Source of the DNA: a virus
Taxonomy: Duplodnaviria > Caudoviricetes
IMG/VR virus record: IMGVR_UViG_3300017778_002624
Location: 1-43,735 of that record
Length of the DNA stretch: 43,735 nt
Strand: one strand, 5' to 3'
Shown here: positions 38,901-43,735 of the stretch, one piece after another
How positions within the stretch are numbered: position 1 is the stretch's first letter
Layout of the letters: each line of letters starts with the position of its first letter
The notes under the pieces: model-generated
Databases searched by the model: none
Seen by the model: only the letters and a program-made list of their open reading frames with translations
Told to the model about the DNA's origin: nothing
Translations under genes and position numbers: made by a program

Positions 38901-39593
38901 GAGGAGACGGCGGTCTATCTCGCCGACAAGGCCGCCGAGGGCGCTCAGGGGTCGGGCCGGGCCTCTACCCTTTCCGCGATCCAGCGGAACAACGAGGTGA
39001 CGAAGATGGTCACCTTCGCCTACGGCTGGGCGAACGCCCTCTACAACATCCAGCGCGGTGCCGCGACCGATCTGAAGAACGGCGTGAACCGCACTCACGC
39101 CGCCTACCAGCTCGCTGCCGTCATGCTGCTGCCCGCCATCGCCGACGCCCTCATGTCTGGCGACTGGCCGGACTTCGAGGACGAGGAAGACCCGGTCATG
39201 GCCATCATGGCGTGGTTCGGGCGCAACGTCCTGTTCGGTGCCTTCTCGGGCATCCCGGTGGTCCGCGACTTCGCTGGTGCCGCCGAGCGCAAGGCTGCCG
39301 GGAAATACGCCGGGCCGGTCGGGCAGACGGCGATGGGGCGGATCGGCGACGAGTTCGGCAAGCTGGGGCAGGATGCGTGGGACTTGGCCTTCAGTGAGGA
39401 CGGTGAGGTCTCGCGGCGCTGGCCGTCGCACGCCATCAACTCCGTCGGCTTCGCGCTCGGGCTGCCGGGCACAGCACAACTTGCGCGGTCGGTGAACTAT
39501 GCTACGGACGTCGCCGACGGAGAGCAGAACCCTGATGGGGTCATCGACTGGATGTCGGGCCTCGCCAAGGGGCCGCAGGAGGATCAGAAGTAA
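26982..39593 (+). CDS. Giant 4203-aa polyvalent internal virion/ejection protein
   Basis: Uninterrupted ORF at the T7 gp16 position; LPD22-like N-terminus (WLADPDNAAVAHD), several enzyme-like cassettes, HELGH zincin motif at aa 2961-2965. Confidence 0.9.
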   Translation: MAQDPSFSVVEADRRAEEQYRRAAQPAAYSALAQAATTSPEAAALRQRAATILGTIPAAIQDDPDAVTRARVQDDMGRLPAFPATMNWLADPDNAAVAHDQVESLTTLEALLARPAPTSTNPFDRLNQDAASFLGRPGVARPTPVFRTRAPRVGLGTRIARYGLNPTANVGELFAAAGDLGRDVMAGLGQPLASTVEGVGVEAQLTGGAPRLMPTLMSLARPGGLNNPMAQIDIGRYLADEVLIALGLGDSVEETRARVRETGVGIEAAGKSMGIGARNWRGTLTDDDIQQIIASGNSDRILPDRQTETGLVGDVAQGVGQVGGTILISTATRGTLTMPSLYAQGVAQMNTRVEADMAQDGRTEYSERDRQALRAGGAVTAISERLGLDAILGKLPKPIQDRIKGRLSDILVAGFGEGASEVAEGVGQNAAAMTLLDEDTGLFEGTVEGGTVGALVGSIARMLVLTATPGRQYTEDQARAEAAEPAAVRLDNLVDMVARNTLLNRTPERLRNFLTGVSGDDNIYLPAEAAITFFQSSPEAEALLDELDIRDQYEAAQIGDTPIAIPKAAYLMAAAKNPDLHPTMRGVLQDGLGAASIAEAEEFKRNGAAKLAEEMDAAIAKAEQEDAADNPVRAVEAEVFSQLRASGYTVDAARLLAAYTANLSRVEAANNPDLYPDAMAAYRDAGLSIRAAFPASLRQPERAAAVVDAFVRGRAKPASSLAEFVSQDGGMFDTGGQLAAMGADRWHRGKVGKGRLVVPDTFSATGPMPADLADRQPEQVLARAVAAGYLPEGSTVDDLMAALKADIKGKKGKAAAPAFDPAAPENAQALGDLEGLLADLDIDPNTATPEEIRAALDRVAAAPDVSPAQVFEQSKAATRALAQDYKAMVGNTEPEFVGTVQPVLEDMIQIADALEVAEHAPNDPAVVKSYRVLIDQTIEQFLLLGDLKIEAWRGEGQPYADSKAMLADIRNNGHFWFFLTENGFGDEAGVDTSAGHPMMEKTALRLDDGTELIANDVFRVVHDIFGHGQQGFGFGPVGELNAYLEHAAMYSPEARPALAAETAMQNAWVNFGPHLRREDGTLPVRGEPDYIPLADRRFADQKAFVATPEVLELLHKGAKAKAASEASADAKPVQKALDAIKALGEANPLNERETVVEGGGLTVRAQGDKLFVSGLRAIEKGGGRRAMQALIRVADENGVVIELWPVPGDAPAGKTMTQEALRSWYEGLGFTASGSNYMSRRPTVKMKLGGGMRTVTLNQSDAAPTEAAIEARAKEISAESMKLPGNNYIGLGQAAVMARAELEGAPPPVAMTRPPVNPDGTITLTHYSVEADLTETDPTKWGRSGNFLPRSERNMISSHLPRTYFGIGVGQPGGYRPEFADRTVYTTDIDASRLYDAAADPDGFRDNLDGVAQGDRINAIERQIAEKYDGYWLKNELGMTATLFKPVAVVREGAGRGGPPSKIEWTEVNEWEKGAPPEVESLIAGFIGGSADAVANGLEFGVMDNRPLDAVVTEGATGEALDLRKKMDAAFAPMRAMLRAKFGGTVQAYRVQSDLEPESANNIKHSGPDAERRAFSFTTSREFAEDLAGKFKVGKQFSEETIAEAERVFAETGRYDVRDNLWLELETFSGTRYDNGEPFTAQSINVMRGDGFQYDVDSVRAYFERVNEDIAERQALLAERLSKIVTVDVPINRVVWMSDRFNQQELIVAMTPEEAAVMARRERIAFAERDRVFYQSATPDEHPDRISTRLPTTKGAKEDAVANKLTVSTEAMGKKPSVLEHNAKLVSSYPGVRIKARSAQGRARAFIDHVKANLLALFDRVPAETRERSKQWYDGARALTTVWAGRYGLPDRSVAAVLAALSPQKDWYQNVSLAERVLDVWSKRQDYVYDEAMEAKGAELFAKYPDLLAKLRGKSLAQLEHLTEKAAFVRIYDQAHNPRGFRIASPEGQFLGEPGGNVAWGSLVEIAKAVSVLEGQSFENVSFALGDRHKVRNFYNNIISPRSAEGDVTIDTHAVAAGLLRALSGSDAEVFHNFGSSPMAAKQPDGWVPAKNANEFGVSGTYGFYADAYREAAAERGVSAREMQSITWEAVRGLFGAKFKSNKKNVKAINDLWLAHGKGDATLEETINAVIEYAGGIAQPSWDGPGAGLAVAERQASYDGELSRAGLPGRDAGRGADGQPAGDVDPVARVFYQSEPARPAPPFFSALTRAVENEGPEQATPAEWKRWLIEPESVKRGVVRDKATNKPMVDADGNPVISETVIPAKPRAGVKMDEIFWTGTGTWLDALADPDELSQTFAREAGQIDADGNITRQTFLDFLKAGGLRMDEVVLGAFDQATVDARVEEILDEKVDEAVADWDGGSVYIGRVSDDEDGPTTGWGLFADGRLISEDFYDSEEAAQEAADEANQEEEADAIRRVRNDWRGLAIDQAEREGVGGEQTKFADWATSGAVGTYREVLFRLPGIDGPETHWDQSNVVAHVRLTIRLDAEGNRVLFIEEVQSDWHQKGRDQGYQAPFDPVEQAAAKAAASETNRLLLAARRPFVAATQASLAQSIAETEDAIRQAEEAGMSQSLRDNLRDGVNILKSAAANLASSVDLNAELGITGGADSTLIAENLYRRSQRGDLMMRRDDALKASYDAMLAAGLAHNEASQRLQNARNPKGIPDAPFRTSWPALVMKRMIRWAVDHGYERVAWTTGDQQADRYNLSSAVGWIETIKTGDGRVAYNVQSPGARSVIREHGEAMNGWVILTREKAMEVFGQDLGGRTYDGARDQNPVRFDGDDLKIGGEGMRGFYDRNLVNITNDIVKRYGVKVGMIDMVHPTLKKYRELQGRIDETNAQMKAIAASQKGKMDAVADLPFEEQDDILKADPEFVAAQTEHTTLRIRLDDLQRQQRQTLPETGASSFGDQPGFTITPALRDAAMSGFALFQKVADEPRAQIAFSQSGAFITLFQKRDMTSLFHELGHLSLERLVKNATGPNASEKSKRDLQIVLDYLNVRDPADIGVDQHELWAQTQERYLMEGKAPSLELRSAFRTIKGWFMSVYKSLTHPQVNVPITDEVRGVFDRMMATDEEITAARNQLKLEAGYTDAAEAGMSEQQFADYQRLVERARTDSEDELLKKLTAAIRRERTAEWKAEAAELRPDVAAEVDQQPAISAMNYLRDNKVSLNREDVARLLEDDAAVAALPKTVPPLTSKNGLHPDVIAEATGFGSGAELLAGLAALEAERQGMLATGDKRSVRSKRIDDEVTARLREVHGDPFTDGSIEAEAMAAVHNERQAEVLHLELSVATRRVGGVPPPINALREWAAEKIGSRPVSEARSGKYLRAERKAANAVQKAAASRDFAEVARQKQAQTMNHLLYGAARRAEDFVEAAVKRMRKLDKARTIKSMDQAYLEQIHGLLEAFDLREVSGRQVKRRQSLAEFIAAQEAQGKTIVLPAKLAEMAARQHYSTLTVDELKALDDTVRALAKLGRLKKQLTVKGEQRDLDAIADQAQKSADHLPTIHKDVGLRPKDQWFAKLADFGVAFEASMVKAQEWFRLLDGGDPAGIFSTVLDLPANAAFVRMEELNAKFFEAIVASEALIPKAVKAKWMDLVSDHPFMNPSTGEPLGGVQRRDLIAIALQTGNLSNFEIMAKGWGIIPRDAEMEAITAARTALVAWLDTKLDATEWAYVQTWWDGFEGNKADYFATAREINGYAPEAVEAAPLTTSAGELAGGYVPVSYDGRFDRLQQERDAADTADMFGGLGRSSPRPDNGSTKERTGYSGPPLLNLDAIANGARKHIRYIAYAKYIDNSLKFLRHPVVAKTVRDKLGEQARKGMEDWLGSQVKMDTPLDPNANPFIKAARWSRTNMTSALLLGSVNVLLAQPSGLAVSVATLGPRRLASGMMKAANLMATGRFNEFVFSRSKIMKDRFEGASFERDIRLALTNMVGSKDLRDRITYLCARAISAIDVFVVSGPTWIAAYDRALADGRDEETAVYLADKAAEGAQGSGRASTLSAIQRNNEVTKMVTFAYGWANALYNIQRGAATDLKNGVNRTHAAYQLAAVMLLPAIADALMSGDWPDFEDEEDPVMAIMAWFGRNVLFGAFSGIPVVRDFAGAAERKAAGKYAGPVGQTAMGRIGDEFGKLGQDAWDLAFSEDGEVSRRWPSHAINSVGFALGLPGTAQLARSVNYATDVADGEQNPDGVIDWMSGLAKGPQEDQK
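32175..32190 (+). repeat. 16-nt direct repeat GTCTTCTACCAGTCCG (VFYQS), copy 1
   Basis: Identical to 33549-33564; related to 29589-29603 (VFEQS) and 30747-30761 (TLNQS). Confidence 0.85.
33364..33543 (+). CDS. Nested 59-aa gene in the +1 frame of the giant gene
   Basis: GAGGAGA RBS 6 nt before ATG; 51/59 codons end in G/C while 28/60 host-frame codons end in A/T; MRSSNTQAASPSQAGTDPVLDWLSQNGRPATMENYLGLAYPDATPDAEQMASLPETLIR. Confidence 0.75.
   Translation: MRSSNTQAASPSQAGTDPVLDWLSQNGRPATMENYLGLAYPDATPDAEQMASLPETLIR
33549..33564 (+). repeat. 16-nt direct repeat GTCTTCTACCAGTCCG (VFYQS), copy 2
   Basis: Identical to 32175-32190. Confidence 0.85.
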
Positions 39594-40069
39594 TGGACGC
39601 CAGCGTACAGATTGCCCTCGTCGGTGTGGTGAGCGGGCTGCTCACGCTCTGCGTTGGAGAGCTGTTTCGCCGCTGGCGGTCAGGGTCCGATCTGATCCGC
39701 GACCTGAAGGTCGAGGCCGACACGCTGAACGTCACTGCCGATGCCGAGCACAAGACGATGGAGGCGCTCACGGACGCCTTCCGCGCCATCGCCGACCGGC
39801 AGGCCGGAGACATCAGCGACCTTCAGGACAGGCTGCGCCGGGTAGAGGACGCCCTCCTCGTCGCGCAGCAACGCAACGAGGCTCTCGAAAAGGAAAACTC
39901 CGTGCTGCGCCATGAGGTCGAGCGTCTCCGGTCAGAGCGCGACACCATGCGCCTCCGCGCCGAGCTGGCCGAGGGGGAAAACCGCAACCTGACCCAGCTA
40001 TCCCAGTCCGGCGAGCGCCTGTATAAGCAGGACGCCCTGCCCGAGGACGACGAGGAGCCGACGCCGTGA
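39593..40069 (+). CDS. Membrane-anchored coiled-coil protein (lysis-associated)
   Basis: N-terminal hydrophobic helix then heptad coil; precedes the holin. Confidence 0.65.
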   Translation: MDASVQIALVGVVSGLLTLCVGELFRRWRSGSDLIRDLKVEADTLNVTADAEHKTMEALTDAFRAIADRQAGDISDLQDRLRRVEDALLVAQQRNEALEKENSVLRHEVERLRSERDTMRLRAELAEGENRNLTQLSQSGERLYKQDALPEDDEEPTP

Positions 40070-40374
40070 ACCTCCCCGACCGCAACTACGCCACGCTCGA
40101 CGCGCTGGCCGTCATCGGATCGCTGGTGATCGTGGCGGGCATCGTCGGCGGGCTGTTCGTCTTCAAGCTGGACCCTGCCGTCGCCCCCATCGTCTCGGCA
40201 CTGGCTACCGCGATCCTCGGCATCCCCGTCTCCTACGGCGCTTTCCGGTGGGGCAGCAGCGTGGGGGCCAAGAACGCGCAGAACCCGGCTGGCCCGACCG
40301 CAGCTCGCGCCGCCGATCAGGTCGCGCAGGCGGCGGACGACGAGGCCGCACGCATCAAGGAGCCGGGACTGTGA
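40066..40374 (+). CDS. Putative holin
   Basis: Two transmembrane segments, F.WGSS.G motif, directly before the endolysin. Confidence 0.7.
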   Translation: MNLPDRNYATLDALAVIGSLVIVAGIVGGLFVFKLDPAVAPIVSALATAILGIPVSYGAFRWGSSVGAKNAQNPAGPTAARAADQVAQAADDEAARIKEPGL

Positions 40375-40907
40375 CCGAGCAAGAACGCTTCGACCGCTGC
40401 TTCAAGGCGGTCCTGCGCCACGAGGGCGGCTACGTCGATCACCCCCGAGACCCCGGTGGCGCGACGAACCTCGGCGTCACCATCGGCACGGCGAGGGCCT
40501 ACCGTCTGGACATCGACGGCGACGGCGACGTCGACAAGGACGACGTGCGCCTGCTGACGCCCGAGACGGCAGCGCCGGTCTACCGCGACGGCTACTGGCT
40601 GAAGACGAAGTGCGACAAGCTGCCAGCCGGGGTGGACTACATGGTCTTCGACCTCGCCGTGAACAGCGGCACCAACCGCGCCGCCCGCTATCTCCAGCGC
40701 GCAGCCGGTGTTGTCGAGGACGGCCAGATCGGGCCGAAGACCATCGCCGCCGTGACCGGGAACGCCGCCCGCATAGTCGAGCGGCTTGAGGACATCCGTG
40801 AGGATTTCTATCGCTCGCTCGACACCTTCCCCACCTTCGGGCGCGGCTGGCTGCGGCGACTGGACGAGGTGGCCACCAAGGCCCGCCTCTGGGCTGTGGG
40901 GCTGTGA
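40371..40907 (+). CDS. Endolysin, glycoside hydrolase family 108
   Basis: HEGGYVDHPRDPGGATNLGVT, FD.AVNSG, DGQIGPKT, FGRGWLRR; GTG start at 40371. Confidence 0.92.
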   Translation: MTEQERFDRCFKAVLRHEGGYVDHPRDPGGATNLGVTIGTARAYRLDIDGDGDVDKDDVRLLTPETAAPVYRDGYWLKTKCDKLPAGVDYMVFDLAVNSGTNRAARYLQRAAGVVEDGQIGPKTIAAVTGNAARIVERLEDIREDFYRSLDTFPTFGRGWLRRLDEVATKARLWAVGL

Positions 40908-41215
40908 TGCTGACGACCAAGGGCTACATCCTGATCGGCACTGCGGTGGCGTTCCTCGCCATCCTCGGCGCTCTGGCGTGGACCCGCGACAAGCTGGCCG
41001 ACGCTCGCGACAAGATCGTCCAGCTTGAGCAGGGCATCGGTGCCCGTGACCGGAAGATCGACGACCTTGAGGCGCAAGTCCTCCGGGTCAGCAGCACCGC
41101 CGTCGCCCAGAGCGAGGCGGCAGACGTTGTTTGCAGGGGCACTGGCGCGGAGCTGTTCGCGCGGGGCCGTCAAGTCGGGAGGGCCGAAGCGTGCGCCGCA
41201 GTCACAGTTCGCTGA
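40907..41215 (+). CDS. Putative i-spanin (Rz-like)
   Basis: N-terminal transmembrane helix plus coiled coil after the endolysin. Confidence 0.65.
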   Translation: MLTTKGYILIGTAVAFLAILGALAWTRDKLADARDKIVQLEQGIGARDRKIDDLEAQVLRVSSTAVAQSEAADVVCRGTGAELFARGRQVGRAEACAAVTVR

Positions 41216-41502
41216 TCGTTGTCGCTGCTCTGGCGCTGGCCGCCTGCACGCCGACCCCCGATCCCACCCTCCCGATCAAGCCGGACCCATGCCCGCCGTC
41301 GGCAGCCGCCGCCGTCGAGGCTGACGCCGACCGCGTCGGCCTGACCGAGGACCAGCAGCTCAAGCTGGACATCGCCGGGATCGGCGCGCTGGGCGACCTG
41401 TACGTTCGCTACATCCTCGGTGAGAGCCAGCACGGTGCCCGAGCTGCCCGCCTTGAGAACCGCGTCGAGCAGACGCGAGAGTGGTGCTCTGCCCGCGACT
41501 GA
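41191..41502 (+). CDS. Putative o-spanin lipoprotein (Rz1-like)
   Basis: Lipobox LAAC then a Pro-rich segment; overlaps the Rz-like 3' end. Confidence 0.65.
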   Translation: MRRSHSSLIVVAALALAACTPTPDPTLPIKPDPCPPSAAAAVEADADRVGLTEDQQLKLDIAGIGALGDLYVRYILGESQHGARAARLENRVEQTREWCSARD

Positions 41503-41520
41503 TGTAAGGCGGGGGCAGCC

Positions 41521-41538
41521 AACGTCGTGATGACCGTG
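41521..41538 (+). promoter_or_regulatory. Late-gene upstream motif, copy 2 (AACGTCGTGATGACCGTG)
   Basis: Near-identical to 17553-17569. Confidence 0.5.
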
Positions 41539-41548
41539 GGACGCTCGA

Positions 41549-43072
41549 ATGACCATTGCCGTAACCAGCCTGACCGCCGGGCCGTTCACCCCCACCGGGC
41601 TGGCTCAAGCCCTGCCGTTCGCCTTCAAGGCCTACAGCACGGCAGGCGTCCGCGAGCTTGAGGTCTACCAGCTCCTCGGCGTCGTCGAGACGATCATCTC
41701 CCCCGCCAACTACACCGTCACCGTCAACACAGACGTGACCGGCGCGGTGCTGGAGGGCGGCACCGTCAACCTGCTGGTCGGCGCAGCCTCTGTTTCACTG
41801 GGCAACCTGTATGTGAGGGCGGCCCCCGCCCAAACGCAGACGCAGGTCTGGTCCGACACTGGCTCCCGGCTGAAGAACCTGAACGAGGCTCTCGACCGTG
41901 CCGCGCTGCGGCACAACCGCCTGCGTGAGCAGTTCGCCTCGACCCCCTCGGCCACGATGGCGGCGGCAGCAGCGGCGGCAGCGTCTGCTGCTGCGGCGGC
42001 TGCGGCGGCTGCGGAGAGTGCGGTGGGCAGCCTCGTGTCTCTGACGGCCCCGACGGGCACTGCGAACGCCCTTGTCAGCGCGGCTGCGGCAGGATCGGCC
42101 ATCATTGATGGGGCTGCCGACCAGCTCCTCCTCCTTCCGATCACCGCAAACAACACCGGGGCCGTGACGCTTTCGGTGGCGGGCGTGGATGGCGGGACAG
42201 CGCGCCCCGTCCGCGCCGCATCCGGCATACCCCTGCTGGCAAACTCCCTGATCGCTGGCCAGTTTGCCCTCCTCAAGTATGCGGCGGTGAGTGGCGTCTA
42301 CTTTCTGGTCTACCCGAACAACCTGAGCCAAGACGGCAGGTTTGCCCTTCTCTTCAGGACCGGCGCATCAACCGCCAACGCCATTGTCACGGTCACGCAA
42401 TACGGCAACCTCGGGGCCTATAACGTCAACGACCTGTTCCTCTGCCCGATGGCGGTGTCGAACAGTTCGGGCACCGTCACGCTTAACATCGACGGCATCG
42501 GGACCAAGCCCCTGACGAGCCACACGGCTGACCTCCTGCCCGTTCCGGCGTGGGCCGACAACGGGGTCGTGCTGATCCGCTACAGGGCGGACATCGACAA
42601 GTTCGTCCTCGTCATGACCAACTACACGGTCAGCCCGAGCGACGCCCTCGCCCCTGCAAAGACACCCTCCTACCATGTCGTCGGAACCTCGGCGATTGGA
42701 GAGGGGCTGGCGTCTCGTCTGGTGGTAACCCCGCTGACCCCGCTGCCGAACAACACCTTTGCGAACACCTACCTTCACGTCAGGTTCCCGGCAGATCGCC
42801 CGGCAGAGGGCGGGATGGTCATCAAGATCGTCGGCTTCAACGACGCTGAGTATCTCCAGATCAGGGACTTCAACGCGGTCGATCAGGTCGCCGCCGGGCG
42901 CTGGCTGGCTGGAGATGTTGGCGTGATCGCCCGCGATCCGGTGTCGAGCCTGTTCTACCTCGTGAGGGTGGACCGCCGGACCCCAGTGGAGGAGGCGGTG
43001 GTCTCAAGCCAGACAGACTTCTACGCAATGGCCAACAGCCGCATCTACGCGCTCGCGCGCTTCAGCAAATAG
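41549..43072 (+). CDS. Tail fibre with a T7-type N-terminal anchor and three repeated beta domains
   Basis: PFAFK..LEVY..NYTVT..GGTV..ALDR anchor; poly-Ala linker; TANA..N.G.VTL..G repeats. Confidence 0.8.
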   Translation: MTIAVTSLTAGPFTPTGLAQALPFAFKAYSTAGVRELEVYQLLGVVETIISPANYTVTVNTDVTGAVLEGGTVNLLVGAASVSLGNLYVRAAPAQTQTQVWSDTGSRLKNLNEALDRAALRHNRLREQFASTPSATMAAAAAAAASAAAAAAAAAESAVGSLVSLTAPTGTANALVSAAAAGSAIIDGAADQLLLLPITANNTGAVTLSVAGVDGGTARPVRAASGIPLLANSLIAGQFALLKYAAVSGVYFLVYPNNLSQDGRFALLFRTGASTANAIVTVTQYGNLGAYNVNDLFLCPMAVSNSSGTVTLNIDGIGTKPLTSHTADLLPVPAWADNGVVLIRYRADIDKFVLVMTNYTVSPSDALAPAKTPSYHVVGTSAIGEGLASRLVVTPLTPLPNNTFANTYLHVRFPADRPAEGGMVIKIVGFNDAEYLQIRDFNAVDQVAAGRWLAGDVGVIARDPVSSLFYLVRVDRRTPVEEAVVSSQTDFYAMANSRIYALARFSK

Positions 43073-43082
43073 GAGGCCGGGC

Positions 43083-43735
43083 ATGGCTCTGGTTGAACAC
43101 TGGCGGACAGACTTCGACACCGACGCAAAGGTCAAGAAGTTCTTCTATTCACCCGCGCCCGGCGGACTGGCGAACATCGCCCATCTTCGCCGCGTTGTAA
43201 CGGCGGACGATGCGGTCTCGGCTATCGAGATCAACATCGGGACCGAGGTTCCCACGGTCGAATACTTCTCGACGCCCGACGGGACGAACGATGCCTACGA
43301 CAAGATGGTCGCCGACATCGGCGCAAGGGCCAACGGCGACATCCTCTATTGCTACAGCATGGATAGCACCAAGCACGGTCGCTACACGAAGACCGGCGGC
43401 GCACTGAGCGCCCGCACCGGCAGCGTCTCCCCGAAGATGGCGGACGACGAAAACCACCGCCGGATCACGCAGATCAGGCTGCTGCTGCAATCATACTCGG
43501 CGCACGGCGACGCCTTCGCGCCGCCCAACCTCGGCTACCCAGACTTCTCGGTGCTCAACAACAGCATCAGTCGCCCGGCCACGGACGACCTGTCGGGCTG
43601 GGTGATGCGCTGGCGGATGCGCGCCCAGAATATGTCGATGGGCCGGAACACCAAAATCCTACAGCACTTCCAGACGCGCGTTCCGGGCGCTGGCCGGATC
43701 GGCTCCTACAACTGGGGCGCGGACCCTCTCGGCAA
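43083..43735 (+). CDS. N-terminal part of the putative tail/receptor-binding protein (continues at 1-523)
   Basis: AGGAGG RBS; ATG 43083; open to the end of the window. Confidence 0.75.
   Translation, partial: MALVEHWRTDFDTDAKVKKFFYSPAPGGLANIAHLRRVVTADDAVSAIEINIGTEVPTVEYFSTPDGTNDAYDKMVADIGARANGDILYCYSMDSTKHGRYTKTGGALSARTGSVSPKMADDENHRRITQIRLLLQSYSAHGDAFAPPNLGYPDFSVLNNSISRPATDDLSGWVMRWRMRAQNMSMGRNTKILQHFQTRVPGAGRIGSYNWGADPLG
43613..43735. repeat. Terminal direct repeat, copy 2
   Basis: Identical to 1-123. Confidence 0.95.

Noticed and set aside
40509-40544. DIDGDGDVDKDD EF-hand-like loop in the endolysin
   Set aside because: Such acidic loops are common in GH108 lysozymes; not novel
41958-42015. 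GCN-rich tandem run
   Set aside because: Encodes a poly-Ala fibre linker; not a CRISPR or regulatory repeat
43613-43735. 123-bp terminal repeat as a biological T7-like terminal repeat
   Set aside because: It falls in the middle of a gene; best explained as assembly overlap of a circular or permuted genome
41549-43735. Diversity-generating retroelement, given the BPP-1-like structural genes
   Set aside because: No reverse transcriptase and no template/variable repeat pair seen

Overview
The window is an apparently complete, circularly assembled tailed-phage genome of 43,612 bp: bases 1-123 are repeated exactly at 43613-43735, and one gene runs across the join. It is GC-rich, and GANTC avoidance plus promoter style suggest an alphaproteobacterial host (inference). 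Layout: a leftward early arm (RecE-like exonuclease, RecT-like annealase, small genes); a divergent promoter region with a Cro-like HTH gene; a lambdoid-type replication block (VRR-NUC nuclease, DUF1376/YdaU-like initiator with internal repeats); many small accessory genes; TerS and TerL; a podovirus (BPP-1/T7-type) morphogenesis module; a lysis cassette; and two tail-fibre genes. I saw no integrase, CI-type repressor, polymerase, tRNA, CRISPR array or reverse transcriptase. The main feature is a 4203-aa virion/ejection protein built from enzyme-like cassettes: an HDxxGH domain, a GNAT, two ADP-ribosyltransferase-like domains, an HhH-GPD glycosylase-like domain and an EEVQSD domain. The cassettes are delimited by a repeated [VT][FL]xQS motif and followed by an HExxH metallopeptidase motif. 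A 59-aa gene missing from the ORF track, with its own ribosome-binding site, is nested in the +1 frame at the end of the glycosylase-like cassette and is a candidate cognate inhibitor. All family assignments come from motif recognition by eye, not from database searches.
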